Below are positions 1 to 12,702 of a DNA stretch of 64,000 bases, piece after piece. The notes under the pieces are model-generated. The model was not told the origin of the DNA. It ran no database searches and saw nothing but the letters and a program-made list of their open reading frames with translations. Origin of the DNA: Camelus dromedarius (lineage: Eukaryota); the NCBI RefSeq assembly GCF_036321535.1, contig NC_087438.1:11534001-11598000 (forward strand), in the 5' to 3' direction. A program made the position numbers and the translations under genes. Numbering within the stretch: the stretch's first letter is position 1; each line of letters begins with the position of its first letter.

Positions 1-1071
1 ATAACCTTTGGGTTGCAGAATTAGGAATGATTTTTATTAATTTCTTTTTAGTCATTGAATGACTTTAACACTAGCGTGTTTTACTTTGCTTTGATTTTTT
101 GAAACATTTCTTTAGCTAAAGAAATTACTTTCACATTTATGTTACATATTTGTATTTATAAACACACTTGTCTTAAAATGGTTTTGATTAGGAACTTTTG
201 ATATTATATATTATTCAATATTTATTCGAACTTAATTTTAAAATTCAACTTGTTCCATACCTTAAAATGTCAGAAGTAAAATCATCTCCTGGCTCAGAGT
301 GACTTAGATTATTTTTTTTAAAGCAAATTGTGGAATCAGTGAATTGTAGTCTACCTTCTTAGGGATACGTGAATTTCTTCAAAATGTCATGAGGCTGGCA
401 TAATTAGTTGCTCATGGAGAGCCAATTCTTAGAGTCATAGCCTTACAGAAAAGACAGTCTTAGTCTATTTCAATTTATCTAGAATCCAGAATGAACTCTA
501 ATTTATACAACAATTGGAACATCCCACATGGATACATCTGTTGAGCTGTGATAAATCACAGCGACCTTTGAGAACACTGGTGAAGCATTTGATGAAGAGG
601 CTAAGGGGAGATAGTTCATCAAACAAGATAGTGTTAAGGAAATGTCCAGAATCCAAATTTATTCTTCACGGTGCCTCTAAGTTACCGTCCCAAAGTCCCT
701 TGAGCAAGAAAGACAGAGGCCGATCACTTTGGCACAGGGGAAAATCCAGCGTTAGTGTCCACTCTGCCATTCAGCCTTTTTCTTTAGCCTCCTCTCTCCT
801 GGGTGGCTTGGACCTAAGAGGGACATTTAGGCTGGCCCTAAAAAGTAGACTTATAAACACATAAAATTCACCTTTCTAGTACTACAATAATGTTTTCACA
901 TTGACCTCTCCTAAAAGAATTTAAGAACCACTATGTGGTAATTGTCTCAGGTAAAAAGGAGAAAAAAGACCATGAATCTTTTGAATAGTTTAAGTGTTAA
1001 TGACAATTCCAATTTTTTTCTTATTATCATACCTTTTTAGTGCCTTCTTTTAGCACAAATAACATTGGTTT

Positions 1072-1190
1072 GAGGAGGGTATAGCTTGGTGGTAGAGTGC
1101 ATGCCTCGCATGCTCAGGGTCCTGGGTTCAATCCCCAGCACCTCCGCCAGAAAAATAAATACAGAAACTACCCTCCAAATTTTATTTTTG
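1072..1190 (+). mobile_element. Camelid Vic-1-type tRNA-derived SINE
   Basis: Head GAGGAGGGTATAGCTTGGTGGTAGAG...GGTTCAATCCCCAGCACCTCC with pol III A and B boxes, then an AT-rich tail. Perfect 15-bp target-site duplication (TSD) AAATAACATTGGTTT at 1057-1071 and 1191-1205. Confidence 0.9.
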
Positions 1191-2140
1191 AAATAACATT
1201 GGTTTAAAATGATACACAGAAGACAGAATTCTCCAATGCTTCACTTCCTTTGCCTTCCCCTGGACTCAGTGTTCTCCCCTCCCAGGGCCGCTTAAAGCAA
1301 AGAATAGCGTGAATTACGGGAGGCATGGGGGAATGGCAGGAGTGCCTTGATGCTCATCAAGGGGTCTTTCCAGTGTTTTTCCTGAAATAGAAGCCGTTCC
1401 AACTGCAGACTGCCTCGTGAGTGTTTGGGGACCCTGAGACAGTGTACCTTTTCAATTAAGGAATCGAGGTGTGTATTCACCTCATCGATTTTAGGAAGAC
1501 CACTGGCAATTACTAAAAGAAATACAGAGTGGAATTAGTTTCCTCACTGAAAGTGTTTCTTCTCTGGATATTATGCTAATACCTCTGATGGTGCTTTCTT
1601 TGCTTCCTTTATTTTTCTCTTTGCTGCTCATCTTTCTCCATTTCTAGTTCAGTTTTTTCCTTTTGCCTTTTCCTGACTTTCTTAGACAAGTCTCAATACC
1701 AGGTTTCTCTTAAAAACCCACATATTATTAAAAGAGAAAAAAAGAAGGAAGGAAAGGATGAGGGAAGAAAGAGGGAAGAAAGGAAAATTTCCTATTATCT
1801 GCCCAAATTTACCTCAGTGTCTAAACACTCCTGTTGTCATGAGTCCCAGCTGATTTGCATATTTGGATGTGTGAGGCTGAGACCTGCTCTGTGGAGAGAA
1901 CAGAGTTGTAAGCTGCTCCTGAGGTCTCCCTTAGCAGTATTCCCCCTTATTATTGATGTGCATTAAATTGGTATGAGAGCTAAATATTTTAGTAACCTCA
2001 GTTACCTTTCTGTAAACTGTGCCTACTTTGCTGCTTATCCAGATGCTCCTGTGACCTCTTTGTGGAACTGGCAATTTATGAACAGAAGCAACTTGCTGTA
2101 GTTTGATGCCTTTGGAACCCAAAAGGCAGTCCTCGCAGGA

Positions 2141-2345
2141 CAGATGTCCTGCTAAATATTTAACAACCAGCTCTCTGTTTAAAAAGCCCTAATCGCAGTG
2201 TTTGCCAATTTCCAAGGTATAAATATCCCCACTATGGCCAATTTCAGGCTACTACCATCATCTCATGGAACTCAGCGTTGGGGAGAGAAGTACGTAGGGG
2301 CCACCCCCAGCAGGTGTGAGGCAGCTCCTGCATCCTTCTTACTGG
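2141..2345. mobile_element. MER63-like hAT DNA transposon fossil
   Basis: TAAATATTTAACAACCAGCTCTC...GTTTGCCAATTTCC...CCACTATGGCCAATTTCAGGCTAC resembles the remembered MER63A consensus. Confidence 0.65.
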
Positions 2346-2624
2346 CTGGATTTACTAATCCCTCAAGCACTTGAGATGCCCTGGGTCAGTCATCCCAGGG
2401 TCCACTTTTAACACCCACTCTCTCAACATCCACCCAGTGCTGTCTACCCTGCCCCTATCTCTGCCTGCCTTGGCCTTCTACTTCCTAGGGAACACACTGA
2501 GGTGAAGGAGATGATCTGAAAACATCCCATCAAATTCCTGCCTTGCACATACAATCTCGCATCACTGCAGCCACACTCACAGTCTCTCTTCCATCCTCTG
2601 AAGAAGAGGCTCTTCTCCATTTCA

Positions 2625-3312
2625 GTTTATTTTTTTAATTGAAGTATAGTCAGTTTATAATGTTGTGTTAATTTTTGGTGTACAACATAATAGTTCAGTC
2701 ATACATATATGTACATATATTCATTTTCATGTTCTTTTTCATTATAGGTTACTACAAGATATTGAATATAGTTCCCTATGCTATACAGTAGAAACTTGTT
2801 GTTTATCTATTTTATATATAGTAGTTAGTATCTGCAGATCTTGAATTCCCAATTTATCCCTTCCCACCTCCTTCCCCCCTGGAAATAAAGCCACAGATTT
2901 TTGGTCCATTAATCTTTGGTCAATTATTCTGCTCCTTTGACCCACATATCTGTTTTTGTACCAATACCATGCTGTTTTGATTAATGTAACTCTGTAGGAT
3001 TGCCTGAAATCTGGTGAAGTTAGTCTTTCAGCTTCATTCTTTTTCTTCAGTATTGCTTTGGCAATTCTGGGTCTTTTGTGCTTCCATATGGTAGGATGGT
3101 TTGGATTGGTAGGATTATTTGGTAGGATTATTTGTTCTTTGTTCTAGTTCTGTGAAAAATGTCCTGTTCTGTAATTTGATAGGGGTAGCATTCAATCTGT
3201 AGGTTGCTTTGGGTAGTATGGCCATTTTAACAATATTAATTCTTCCAGTCCAAGAGCAGGGGATGTCTTTCCATTTCTTTAATCATCTTTAATTTCCTTA
3301 GTCAGTGTTTTG
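2625..3312 (-). mobile_element. Rearranged L1 fragment (3' UTR plus ORF2 piece), cetartiodactyl/camelid type
   Basis: T-rich tail then AATTGAAGTATAGTCAGTTTA... (antisense 3' UTR, ~2625-2878). Antisense ORF2 sequence TGTTTTTGTACCAATACCATGCTGTTTTGATT...GGGTAGTATGGCCATTTTAACAATATTAATTCTTCC at ~2925-3312. Confidence 0.88.
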
Positions 3313-3534
3313 TCTTGTGTTCAGAAACCCATCTCCTTGGTTCCATTTACAGTTATTCTCACTCTCTTGGAGTTTTAGTCCCTCCTCTGCTTCCTTCCTC
3401 TCTTCTCAGCTGACAAATGTGCTCAAGGCTTGCGCTTGACCATGGTTTCAAAAAGAATCATTTAGTCCCACTTCCTTCTAGATTATTCCTCTCAGTAGTT
3501 TCCATTCTTAACCAAGCTTCTCGAAGGAGTATTT

Positions 3535-3998
3535 GATAGGCAGACAGCTAAGATGGCTCCCCAGGTGCCCACCACCTGGTGCACACACCCTGTATAATCG
3601 TGAGGGTTTGTGAGCATGATGGCCCTCACTCCTGTGGCTAGGTCACTGTATGTGGCATAGTGGAATTTATGAACGGGAGATTACCCAGGCTGGACCTGAC
3701 CTAATCACATGAGCCCTTTAAATCTGGGTCTAGAGGCCAGAGACAAAGGAGTCAGAGATTTGAAGCAGGAGAATCATTTGATAAACTATTGTTGGCTTAA
3801 AAATGGAAGGGGCCACATGACAAGGAATATGGCAGTACCTCGGAGCTCGAGGTGGTCTCCAGTCAAGAGCCAGCCAGGAAACAGAGACCTCAGTTCTGCA
3901 GCCACAGGAACTGAGCTCTGCCACCAGTAGGAATAAGATTGGAAGTGGCTTCCAGACAAGAACCCAGCCTGGCCAACACCTTGATTTTTGCCTCAGTG
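3535..3998 (+). mobile_element. MaLR solo LTR (MLT1E-like)
   Basis: CCTAATCACATGAGCCCTTTAAA, GGGGCCACATGACAAGGAAT, CACAGGAACTGAGCTCTGCC and CCAACACCTTGATTT are MLT1 motifs. Confidence 0.75.
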
Positions 3999-5489
3999 AA
4001 CACAGAAGCTTTCTTTATATGGCAGAAGTTATTGCTACAGATGCCCAAAGAATCAGTCATTTAAAATGTTATGACTTGTGAGTGAAGCAAATTCAACTAA
4101 TTTTTGTATGATATTTCTCGCGATATATGTGATTCCTACAGTAGGATTCCTACATTATTTTAACATATAAACACAAACACTTATATGCCTACATACAGAT
4201 CTGTCAACATACGGTCCCAGGATAGAGCTTAGTCCAGAAAGTGGGATCTTCTCTTAAGGAGTTTACCGTCTAGGTGGAAATAATATCACATGTACTCAAG
4301 TAACTATCATGTGAGAAAAAAGTGATGTGTCACTAAACCTGGAAATAAATTTCTATAATTTCAGAAATGGATGTAGACATAAATATCAGAGAAAGGAGTA
4401 ATTATTTCTTGCTGGCATAACCACGGGAGGTTTTATCAACAAGGCGGTGCATGGTCCGTTGTGTGAAGGACACACTGAGCTAAGTAGTATTTTTCCATCC
4501 CCTGAGTAGAAAACCATGATATCACTCTGTTTCTAAAAAATGGTTTTCCCTCACAGAAGTACTCTGGATTCAGTTCAGTCCAAAAATTTGGAAATTAGTT
4601 ACTATTCTCAAAGGAATAAAACTCTGGACTTTTAACCTTATTAAATTTCTGACATTAGCAAATCCCAGCAGAGTAAAGAGGGCTTGTTTTCTCGCTGCAG
4701 GACCTGAGCCTCTTGGAATGAGGTCATGTGGGTAGAACAGCCCCAGGCAGAACACAGAGCTCACTCTCGGGGGTCAGCTGACAAGTTTCACAGAGAAGAC
4801 CATATTTTTCCCAAACCTTTCACCAATCTCCATCAGGAAATATACTTTCTGGAGATTTTGTTCCCAATCACTCATCCTTGGGAGGGAAACAAAATGTGCC
4901 GTTACTACCTCACCCACAGAGAATTTCGTGGCCCATCAGCTGTCACTGGAGACTTCAGAGAACACGGTGCTTGGACACCAGGGCATAGAAGACAGAGTAA
5001 GTCATTCAGAGGAGGAGAAGAGCGGGCTCAGGAATAGGTCAGATCCCCACGAGGCGGGTGAAGGCTGATTGTATGGAGTAGAGACAGTGGGAAGCTTCTC
5101 TAGGAGAGAAGAAATTGTAGAGATGAGGAGAACACAGGAAGTCAGCATCTCCCATCCAAATGTGACTTTCAACAGGTGAGTAACAGAAGCTTAGAAAGGT
5201 ATTGAACTTCCTCCAAGGTCACACACATGACAGATTTGAGGATGTGAGCCCCAGTTAGGTCCTTTCTCTCTCTTGCTTCCCTCTGACTGTCAAAGCAATA
5301 TTCCCTTCTGAGACTGTAGATTTCTGAATCATGGTAAGTATTCAGTCTTACTTACTTCATTTTTCCTGACGACCCATGGCGTGTTGGAGGTGTTAATAGA
5401 TGTTTGTGGTGCAGAAATAATTTGTTCTTAATCATGAACATCCCATTCTCATTCACGCAGTGCTACAGAACCTACCCTGCCTATCCTTA

Positions 5490-5557
5490 CACACACATAC
5501 ATACATCATGTGCGTGCACACGGGCACGCACACATGCCCATGCACACACACACACAC
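5490..5557. repeat. Imperfect (CA)n microsatellite
   Basis: Interrupted CA runs seen directly. Confidence 0.8.
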
Positions 5558-5689
5558 TACTTATCATGGAGTCCAGAAGAAATATTTGGCTTTTAATTCC
5601 TTACGTACAAAAAACGATCTCAGTCCGATCTGTTCTGCGCCTTTGAGTCCTCCCATAGACCGTGCCTACGTGAAAACAGCAGAATTTGC

Positions 5690-6130
5690 GTCAGCTGACC
5701 CATATTACCCATGTGCTGGAATACTTCAAGAAACTCAAAGCTACAGATGGCAGGGCTCTGGTCTAGAGATTCATTTTTGATTGGTCTGGCATGGGGTTCA
5801 GGCATTAAGAAACTTAAAGAGTCCCTCCTCCGAGCTGATCTTAATGTACAGTCAGGATTGAGAACCACTGATGTAAATTTTATTACTTTTCCATGAAGAA
5901 CCTCCCCGCCCCACCCCCACCGCCCCCGCCATGGACTAATGAAATCAGAATCTCTAGGGATGGGGCCCAGGCAGCAGTATTTTTTAAGCTCTCCCACGTG
6001 ATCCCAACGTGCAGTCAGGCGTGAGAATTTCTGCATCAAAACGGTGGTTCTAGGCCAGGAACACATACAAGAAACATCCTAGGAGATTTTTAAGAACACA
6101 CATCCAAGTAGCACACTCAGCCTCACTCAG
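5690..6130. mobile_element. Cluster of 2-3 MER5-like hAT-Charlie MITEs
   Basis: Terminus TTGAGAACCACTG at 5858-5870; GAAATCAGAATCTCTAGGGATGGGGCCCAGG...AAGCTCTCCCACGTGAT at ~5941-6002; a new start CGGTGGTTCT at 6042. Confidence 0.7.
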
Positions 6131-7603
6131 GTTCCTTGGTTTGCAAAGCTTCCACTTCCGTCACTGCTGGTGGCGGAGGCCCACATTAATGGGAGCAGAC
6201 CACGGGTGACTTGCTTCCTTGAGGTCCTCTCACCCAATTAAAGTCGGAGCGTCCCATCTCACGGAGTTGTTACCACCACAGATGAAGGAAACAGGTGCCC
6301 AGAGAGGCGCTGAAAAGGAGCCCGTGGAGTGCTGACAAGCCGACCTGGGCAAGAGGGTGACCTGTAGACGGGCTCCCGCGCTTGCTGGTGGGGTTATGCT
6401 TAGTGCTGGGGACTGGGAGGAGACGTCCGCGCCTAAAATGGAACCAAGTTCATATCTGCACAAAATCAACCCTCAAAAAGTACTCATTGAATTAATGAAT
6501 CTAGAGAAAGTTCCCGACGGGCCTGAATCTCTGCTTCTGGGGTGTATTCATCTAGCAATAGGAGTCCTTATGGAATTTGTTCAGAAGAGTTTATTGGTAA
6601 TAAACAGGTCCAATCAACAGCTTCTGGCTACAATGGATAGCAGTCCTGACATCGAACACTCTGCTGCTAGTGATAAATTAAGAAAATGTCAGCTCTGGGT
6701 TTCTACTCTATCCTGTCCCTGTCAACTCATTCACTTCACAAGTGGCCGAGAAAAGCATTAAGGCTGCAATGTACATCTGCTTGGAGGATGCATCATTATT
6801 GCTTCCAGCTAGCATGACCTTGCTGTGAGCTGGTAAAGGGGACCTGCAATCTGTCTAATGTGTAACTAGTCCCATGTAATCTCGGCAAACTGTCAAAGGG
6901 AGTTTTGAGACTTTCCCAGCGTTACTTTGGTGATGAAAGAATACTCTTTCGCTCTGTGGGTAATAACATTTTATGGAATTAGTTGCCTCTCGCTTCAGGG
7001 CAATGTATTCCAACCTTTCACCTCCACTCCCTACTATAATGTTGGCTCCTTGGATAAAAAATACAAGGAACTTCTGTTAAATGAGCTAACTGCTGGAAAT
7101 ATTATGGCTGCAGGCTGAAAGAAATGAGGTGTGTTCCACAGACCACATAAAACAATGAAAGCAATTTAAAGACAAAATGTAGAGAAACAAGGAGCAATTT
7201 TGCAATAGCTAAAGCATATGAGTGGCCTGCTGCTTTGGGCAACGAACGCTCTGCAGACCTTGGCGCCCGCCCAGTCTGGCCTCCCTCTCTGGATGAGGTC
7301 TGGACAACTAGAACATTCCATTTTCAAAATCAGCCTTTCTGATCAACCTGTAGAAGGTCAAGGCAACCATTAGGAACCAGAACTCTCCAAGGCTGCCCAT
7401 TTCCTGCTGATTCAGAAGAGGGGCAAAAGCAAGGACAATTTGCAGTTGATTAAGTGGTCTGTGAACTAAGGATAGTGTTCCTTCTGGTTCCATTCCCCAT
7501 TGCCCGGTTAATGAAGCACTTTGTTGAGCAAGAGCGCCATCTATGGGAGAAATAGGTTATACTGAGTCTACCCTTAACATCTCCAAGATTATAATTTATA
7601 CCA

Positions 7604-7830
7604 GACTGGTGATTTTTAAAAGGGGACAATTTTGACCCCCAGGGGACATTTCTGGCAACGTCTGGAGACATTTTCTGTTGTCATAACTGGGTTGGGTTTG
7701 TAACTGGCATCTAGTGGTTAGAGGGCAGGGAGACTGCTAAGCATTTCACAATGCACAGGCTATCCGGCCCCCCACAACAGAAATTTTCCCACCCTAATGG
7801 CAAGGAGGGGAGATGCTGTTTGAGAACAAG
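7604..7830. mobile_element. MER20 hAT-Charlie DNA transposon fossil
   Basis: GGGGACAATTTTGACCCCCAGGGGACATTTCTGGCAACGTCTGGAGACATTTT...CTGGCATCTAGTGG...ACAATGCACAGG. Confidence 0.85.
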
Positions 7831-10824
7831 AGAATCTGTGACATTTGTGCTTACAGTTGGGTCCCCCAGGCAAAAGATTAATTTTTGATTTAAATCTTTT
7901 CATATTCCCACCACTTCTCATTTCACCCTATGGTGTTAATAATTTAATATATTAATCTGCAGCTGGGCTAACTGAGAAAGAGAACTGGAGGCTGAGGACA
8001 GCACTTAAGGCAGAGAAATAAATTTGAAACTGTAGCATTTTAGGGATTGGTCCCTAAATGGGACTAATACTTTGGGTTCAACCCACCTTCATGGCTGGTT
8101 AAGTAAATAAAACTGTAATCCATGGTGCTAAAACCATCGCAGTTGACATTATAGTTGTAAAAGTTCTCATGGCTTGTACACAATACTGAGAAAAATTTCG
8201 ACTTTCTTGAATTCTCCACTCAATGCACGCTGGTTCAGCAGGTCACTGTTCAGTTTACTAAGTGGGATTTGGGAGAACTGAAGACTGAAAGTCAGCTTCT
8301 GAGAGATCTTCCTTCTGTCCCAGAGAAGCACATGTACCCCTAGGGTTCATGACAGAGCAGATTTCTATAAAAAATATAGCCTTGGGCCAGATTTTTCTGC
8401 CCTTTGAAGACTCACCATTGTGGACTATGAATAAAACTTTGAAGCCTCATGCTCCAGGATTGTCACAACCTCAGGTACTTTGAGAGGCCAACGCCTGCCC
8501 CATGGAGAGGAAACTTTGCCCCAGCTGCAGAGCCTCCTGCCATCCTCCCCCAGGGAACCCTACTCTAGCCTCACCACCTCGAAGAAAAGCAAGGGATCAA
8601 CCCATTTGCCTGAAAAGATGAGTACCTCTTTTTACCTGTATGGACTTGTCTCTCTCCTCCCCTCTTTAATGACTAAACGTTAAATTCATCTCATCAACCA
8701 ATGAACATCTACAACGTACAGCCCAAAGCCATGGAAATGCAGAGACAAGTAAGAGGGTCCCACTCAATGAGATGTCCAAGCAAGGGTGCTATTCTTACAT
8801 TCCCTGACTCCAGTACCTTCTTCCATTGTGGCATGGCATCCAGTCTTGGATGTTGCCTTTTAAAGAAAACCGGCATTCTTGAAAGTTACCTGCCCATCCA
8901 TTCTGTCATTAGCGACAGCAGACTAAAGAGTAAACCCTGAAAGTCACTAAGATCTTGCCAGGTTTTCTATACCATATCTAGATTTCTACACTGTGCATGA
9001 GTCAAAGTATTCAGCGAGAAGTATTAAAGCATCCTAAAAATTTATATTAAATGAGTAATGATTTAATAACTTTCTTCTTCAAGTGCCATCAGCAAGAAAT
9101 TGTACAGTTTAATGGGAAGCCTTGATTTATTGGTACTGAAGATTGCCTCAGCACAGCCAGTTTGCCTCATAATTTGTAGGAAAGAAACAAGATTAAAAAG
9201 AAATTTGAAGGGAAAAAATGAGTTGGGAAAAATTGGCAACAGGGCTTTTGCAATATGAATTATAATTGAAAAAAGGACATCCTTGTTGAATCTAGGGCAT
9301 TTTTAGGCACAGATAAAACTAGTGTCCCCCAAACTATCTGATGTTGGATCATTGCTTTTAGTCAAATGGATCTGACGGGTAGTGAATTTTAAAATGATAT
9401 TCTCAGTAATTGTAAGAATATAGGGTAAGGAAAATACTAATGCAACACGTAAAGTCACCATAAACTCCGCAAGGTATTGAGTTGTTCTCTTCCCGATTAT
9501 GACTTGATGAGATGCTTGGAGGTCTGTGGGACAATGGGAGGAAATGAATGTAAATGGTGTGTAAATAAAGTAAAATATTGGAACTTTTTATCATTTTAGT
9601 TCCAAGGGCAAAAATGTTCCAGAAGAGTGGAACACTCATTCTATGCCCTAAATATAGTGAACAAAGGTGAAGGAGATGGCTGGCGGGGACTCTGTCTACT
9701 CAAAAGCTCAGTTTGCAGTAGTTCAGTCTAGGATTATAGGGTTTGAAAAAGAGGACAAATCTGAGTTATAGACTCACAGTTGTGTGTAGCAATATTATTT
9801 GCTAGTCCAAATGCTGCCAAATTTTGATTTGCTGGAAAAACAGTTCACTTCTTTTTGCTGTACAGAAAAAAAAATGTTTTTAACAAATATGAACACTATA
9901 GCTACAGAGGGCTTACATTACTAAGAATATGTGGTTGTTTTTATTACCAATAAATTGAGGTTAATAGTTAGGCAGTTTGGGGCAACCGCTTAGATTTCTC
10001 ACGTTCCATTTGAAAAGTGAAGTTATTAAATCATCACTCATTTGCTATGAATTTATAAAGCACTGCAGTTTTGGCGACGTACCTCATAAACTTCAAACAT
10101 CAAAGGCCAGATTGTCTACTCAGGCTCTTTCAAGAGCAGCTTGGGGGATCAATGTTCTAAGGAACCATGGGCTTTACAACTATTTCCGCAGAACCTTGAG
10201 ATCAGAAGAACCCAAAGATCATCTGACCAGCCCTCAATGGTCAAGACAGCCAAGATGAGCCAGAACTTTCCAGTGCTGTCCATTTCCTGCTGGTCCCACC
10301 CCCATGCTGTTGCTTAATTATGTTTACTCTAATGTACCGACTAAGAGTTTGTCTAATTGGAGATATGAAGACTTCCTAAAATTGCCCATTCTACTTGGGG
10401 GCAGATTTAACTATTAAAAACACTGGGTTTTTTTTTTTTTACACTGATCTCAAATGTTTACATTCAGTAATTATCATTGTCAACACTGATCCTAGACCAG
10501 CCCCAAGGCCAAATTAAAACATGTGTGTATGTGTGTGTGTGACGATACTCTCTTCCTCAGAGACAACCCTTGTAATGTCTTGAGACAGTAGGTGACTGTC
10601 ATTGTCCATGTCCCTATTCCTTCCCGTGAGACTTTTCTCAATGGGCTAAACGACTCCATTTCTTTATAGAGCTTGGGGCTAATTTGGATAATGGGTTGGT
10701 TCCTCTGTTCTCAACATAGTCCTCTTGGTCTATATGCATTTACGGTGACGTCTAGAATCACAGCAATCACTCAGTGGTCTTCTGCTTAGTAAGCAGAGAT
10801 GTTACCTCCTCCTTCGCTCGTATT

Positions 10825-11090
10825 TTTAATTCAACAAAATCCTATTCAGCAGCCGTTTTGTGCTGGACATTGTTGTGTATTGGAGGTTCAACAATGAACC
10901 ACAAGACAGAGCCGCCGAATACACAATGATAGACATAAATTACTACTCATGATAAGTGAAATGAAGACAAAGAATTTAGGTGCTTTGGATAAGAATAACA
11001 AGGAAGGCTCTGATTTAGATTTTGAGGTCAAGGAAGTGTTCTCAAAGAAAGGGCCATTGAATTCTGAGATCAGAAAAATGAATGAGATCG
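10825..11090 (-). mobile_element. L2 LINE fragment
   Basis: ATTCAACAAAATCCTATT...GTGCTGGACATTG...GGTCAAGGAAG, typical of an antisense L2 3' region. Confidence 0.55.
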
Positions 11091-11984
11091 TTGCTGTTAC
11101 TCTATCAGTTAACAGATTCTACGAACAAATTAATTTTGAAAGGGCCTATATCAACATGTGGACTCATTTTGACCATATATTTGCATAGTACACATTTACT
11201 CATTGTTCAGAAAATATTTATTGAGCACCTATTACGTTAAAATGGATAAATATAAACACATGCAGATACATATTTTAAAGATACGTGCTAAGCTGGTATG
11301 AGACTACCTCTGCCTGGGTGGGTATATACGCTAGTGTGATCCCTGCTTTCCATTTAAAAAAAAATTCTTCAGATGAGCAGGGAAGTGGAAGATGAATTAT
11401 TCCCTTAATAAGCCTTTCCAGGAATCCTGCCCAGGATGGAAGTCAATCTTACCAGCTGCTAGTTCTCAAAATCTACTTTATTCCTCTTATTGCAAATTGT
11501 ATTAACATGTTCTCTCTTTTTAATCTTCTCACACTCATTCCTTTATTGGCTTATTTTACTTTTCATCCTGGACCTCTAGAGCACAAGAAAACTTTTCTAA
11601 AAATTAGGATATTTCCACTTTCACACAAAGGAATTGCAAAATGGGCCCCTTCTGGTAGACCAGATGGAAAGAGGAACCCCTTCCTCTGGGCTGTCATAGT
11701 CCCATTGCAGGACTGACAGCCTACCCACTAGCAGAGGGTTGGTTATATTTCAACCCTTGCTTGGCACCCTCCTTCTGCTAACCTGGTGCTCTTCTCCCAT
11801 CCCAAAGAGCACCATTCCTTCTCTTCACAATACCTCAAAGATTGCAAAGATCACAGAGAACGATTCACCATTTTCATTTGTAAAGTTTGTATAGCAGCCT
11901 GGAATACTGGCTTTGTCTTAAGTTTAATTTTTGCCCCTCAGAATAGGTCATCTGATCTTTTCAAAACTGACTTTTACTGTATAT

Positions 11985-12115
11985 AGAATGAGGATATTAA
12001 TGAATATCTACTCCCAAAAAATTTCTGTAAAGATTACATGAGATAATTCACATAAAGCACTTAGCACAATGCCTGGAACTTTGTACGAATCCAATAAATC
12101 AGAGCTATTACTACT
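11985..12115 (+). mobile_element. MIR SINE fragment
   Basis: GTAAAGATTACATGAGATAAT...TAAAGCACTTAGCACAATGCCTGG...AATAAAT...AGCTATTA. Confidence 0.75.
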
Positions 12116-12385
12116 TCTGGTCCCTGGAAGGCAACGGCCTGAGCCAAGAAAGCAGAGCAGCCAAGTTTCATTTTCATTTATTCATACGTCTTATATTTCA
12201 ATCCCCACCTACCAATGAGGGTTCTCCATGTTTAAAATACAAATACACCAGAAAGAAAATGGCCATTGAGAGTTGTGACTTATATCATGTTACCCAGAAA
12301 CATAACACAATTATACCAGGACTGCTCAAAATATAAACCCATTCCTTCCACGATTCTTCTCTTGTAAAGAGAACTTAGAAAGTTA

Positions 12386-12702
12386 CTGTTTCTTAGTCCA
12401 TTTGGGCTGTGATAACAAAAATATCATAGGCTGGGTGGCTTGTAAACAACAGAAATTTATTTCTCACAGCTCTGGAGGCTGGGGAGTTCAAGGTCGAGAC
12501 AACAGCAGATCTGGTGTTTGGTGAGGACCTACTTCCTGTCGTAGAAGCCGTATTCTCTCTATGTCCTCACGTGGCAGAAGGGGCAATGGAGCTTTCTGGA
12601 GCCCCTTTTATAAGGGCATAACCCCATTCAGGAAGGCTCTACCTTCATGACCTAATCACCTCCCAAAGGCCCCACCTCCAAATACTGTCATTCAGTCTAT
12701 GG
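12386..12702 (-). mobile_element. MaLR solo LTR (MLT1A-like)
   Basis: CTTAGTCCATTTGGGCTG...AACAACAGAAATTTATTTCTCACAGCTCTGGAGGCTGG...CCTAATCACCTCCCAAAGGCCCCACCTCCAAATAC. Confidence 0.85.

Noticed and set aside
1072..1146. tRNA-Ala-like gene
   Set aside because: It has a TSD, a SINE tail and a second copy at 19204-19278, so it is a SINE head rather than a tRNA gene.
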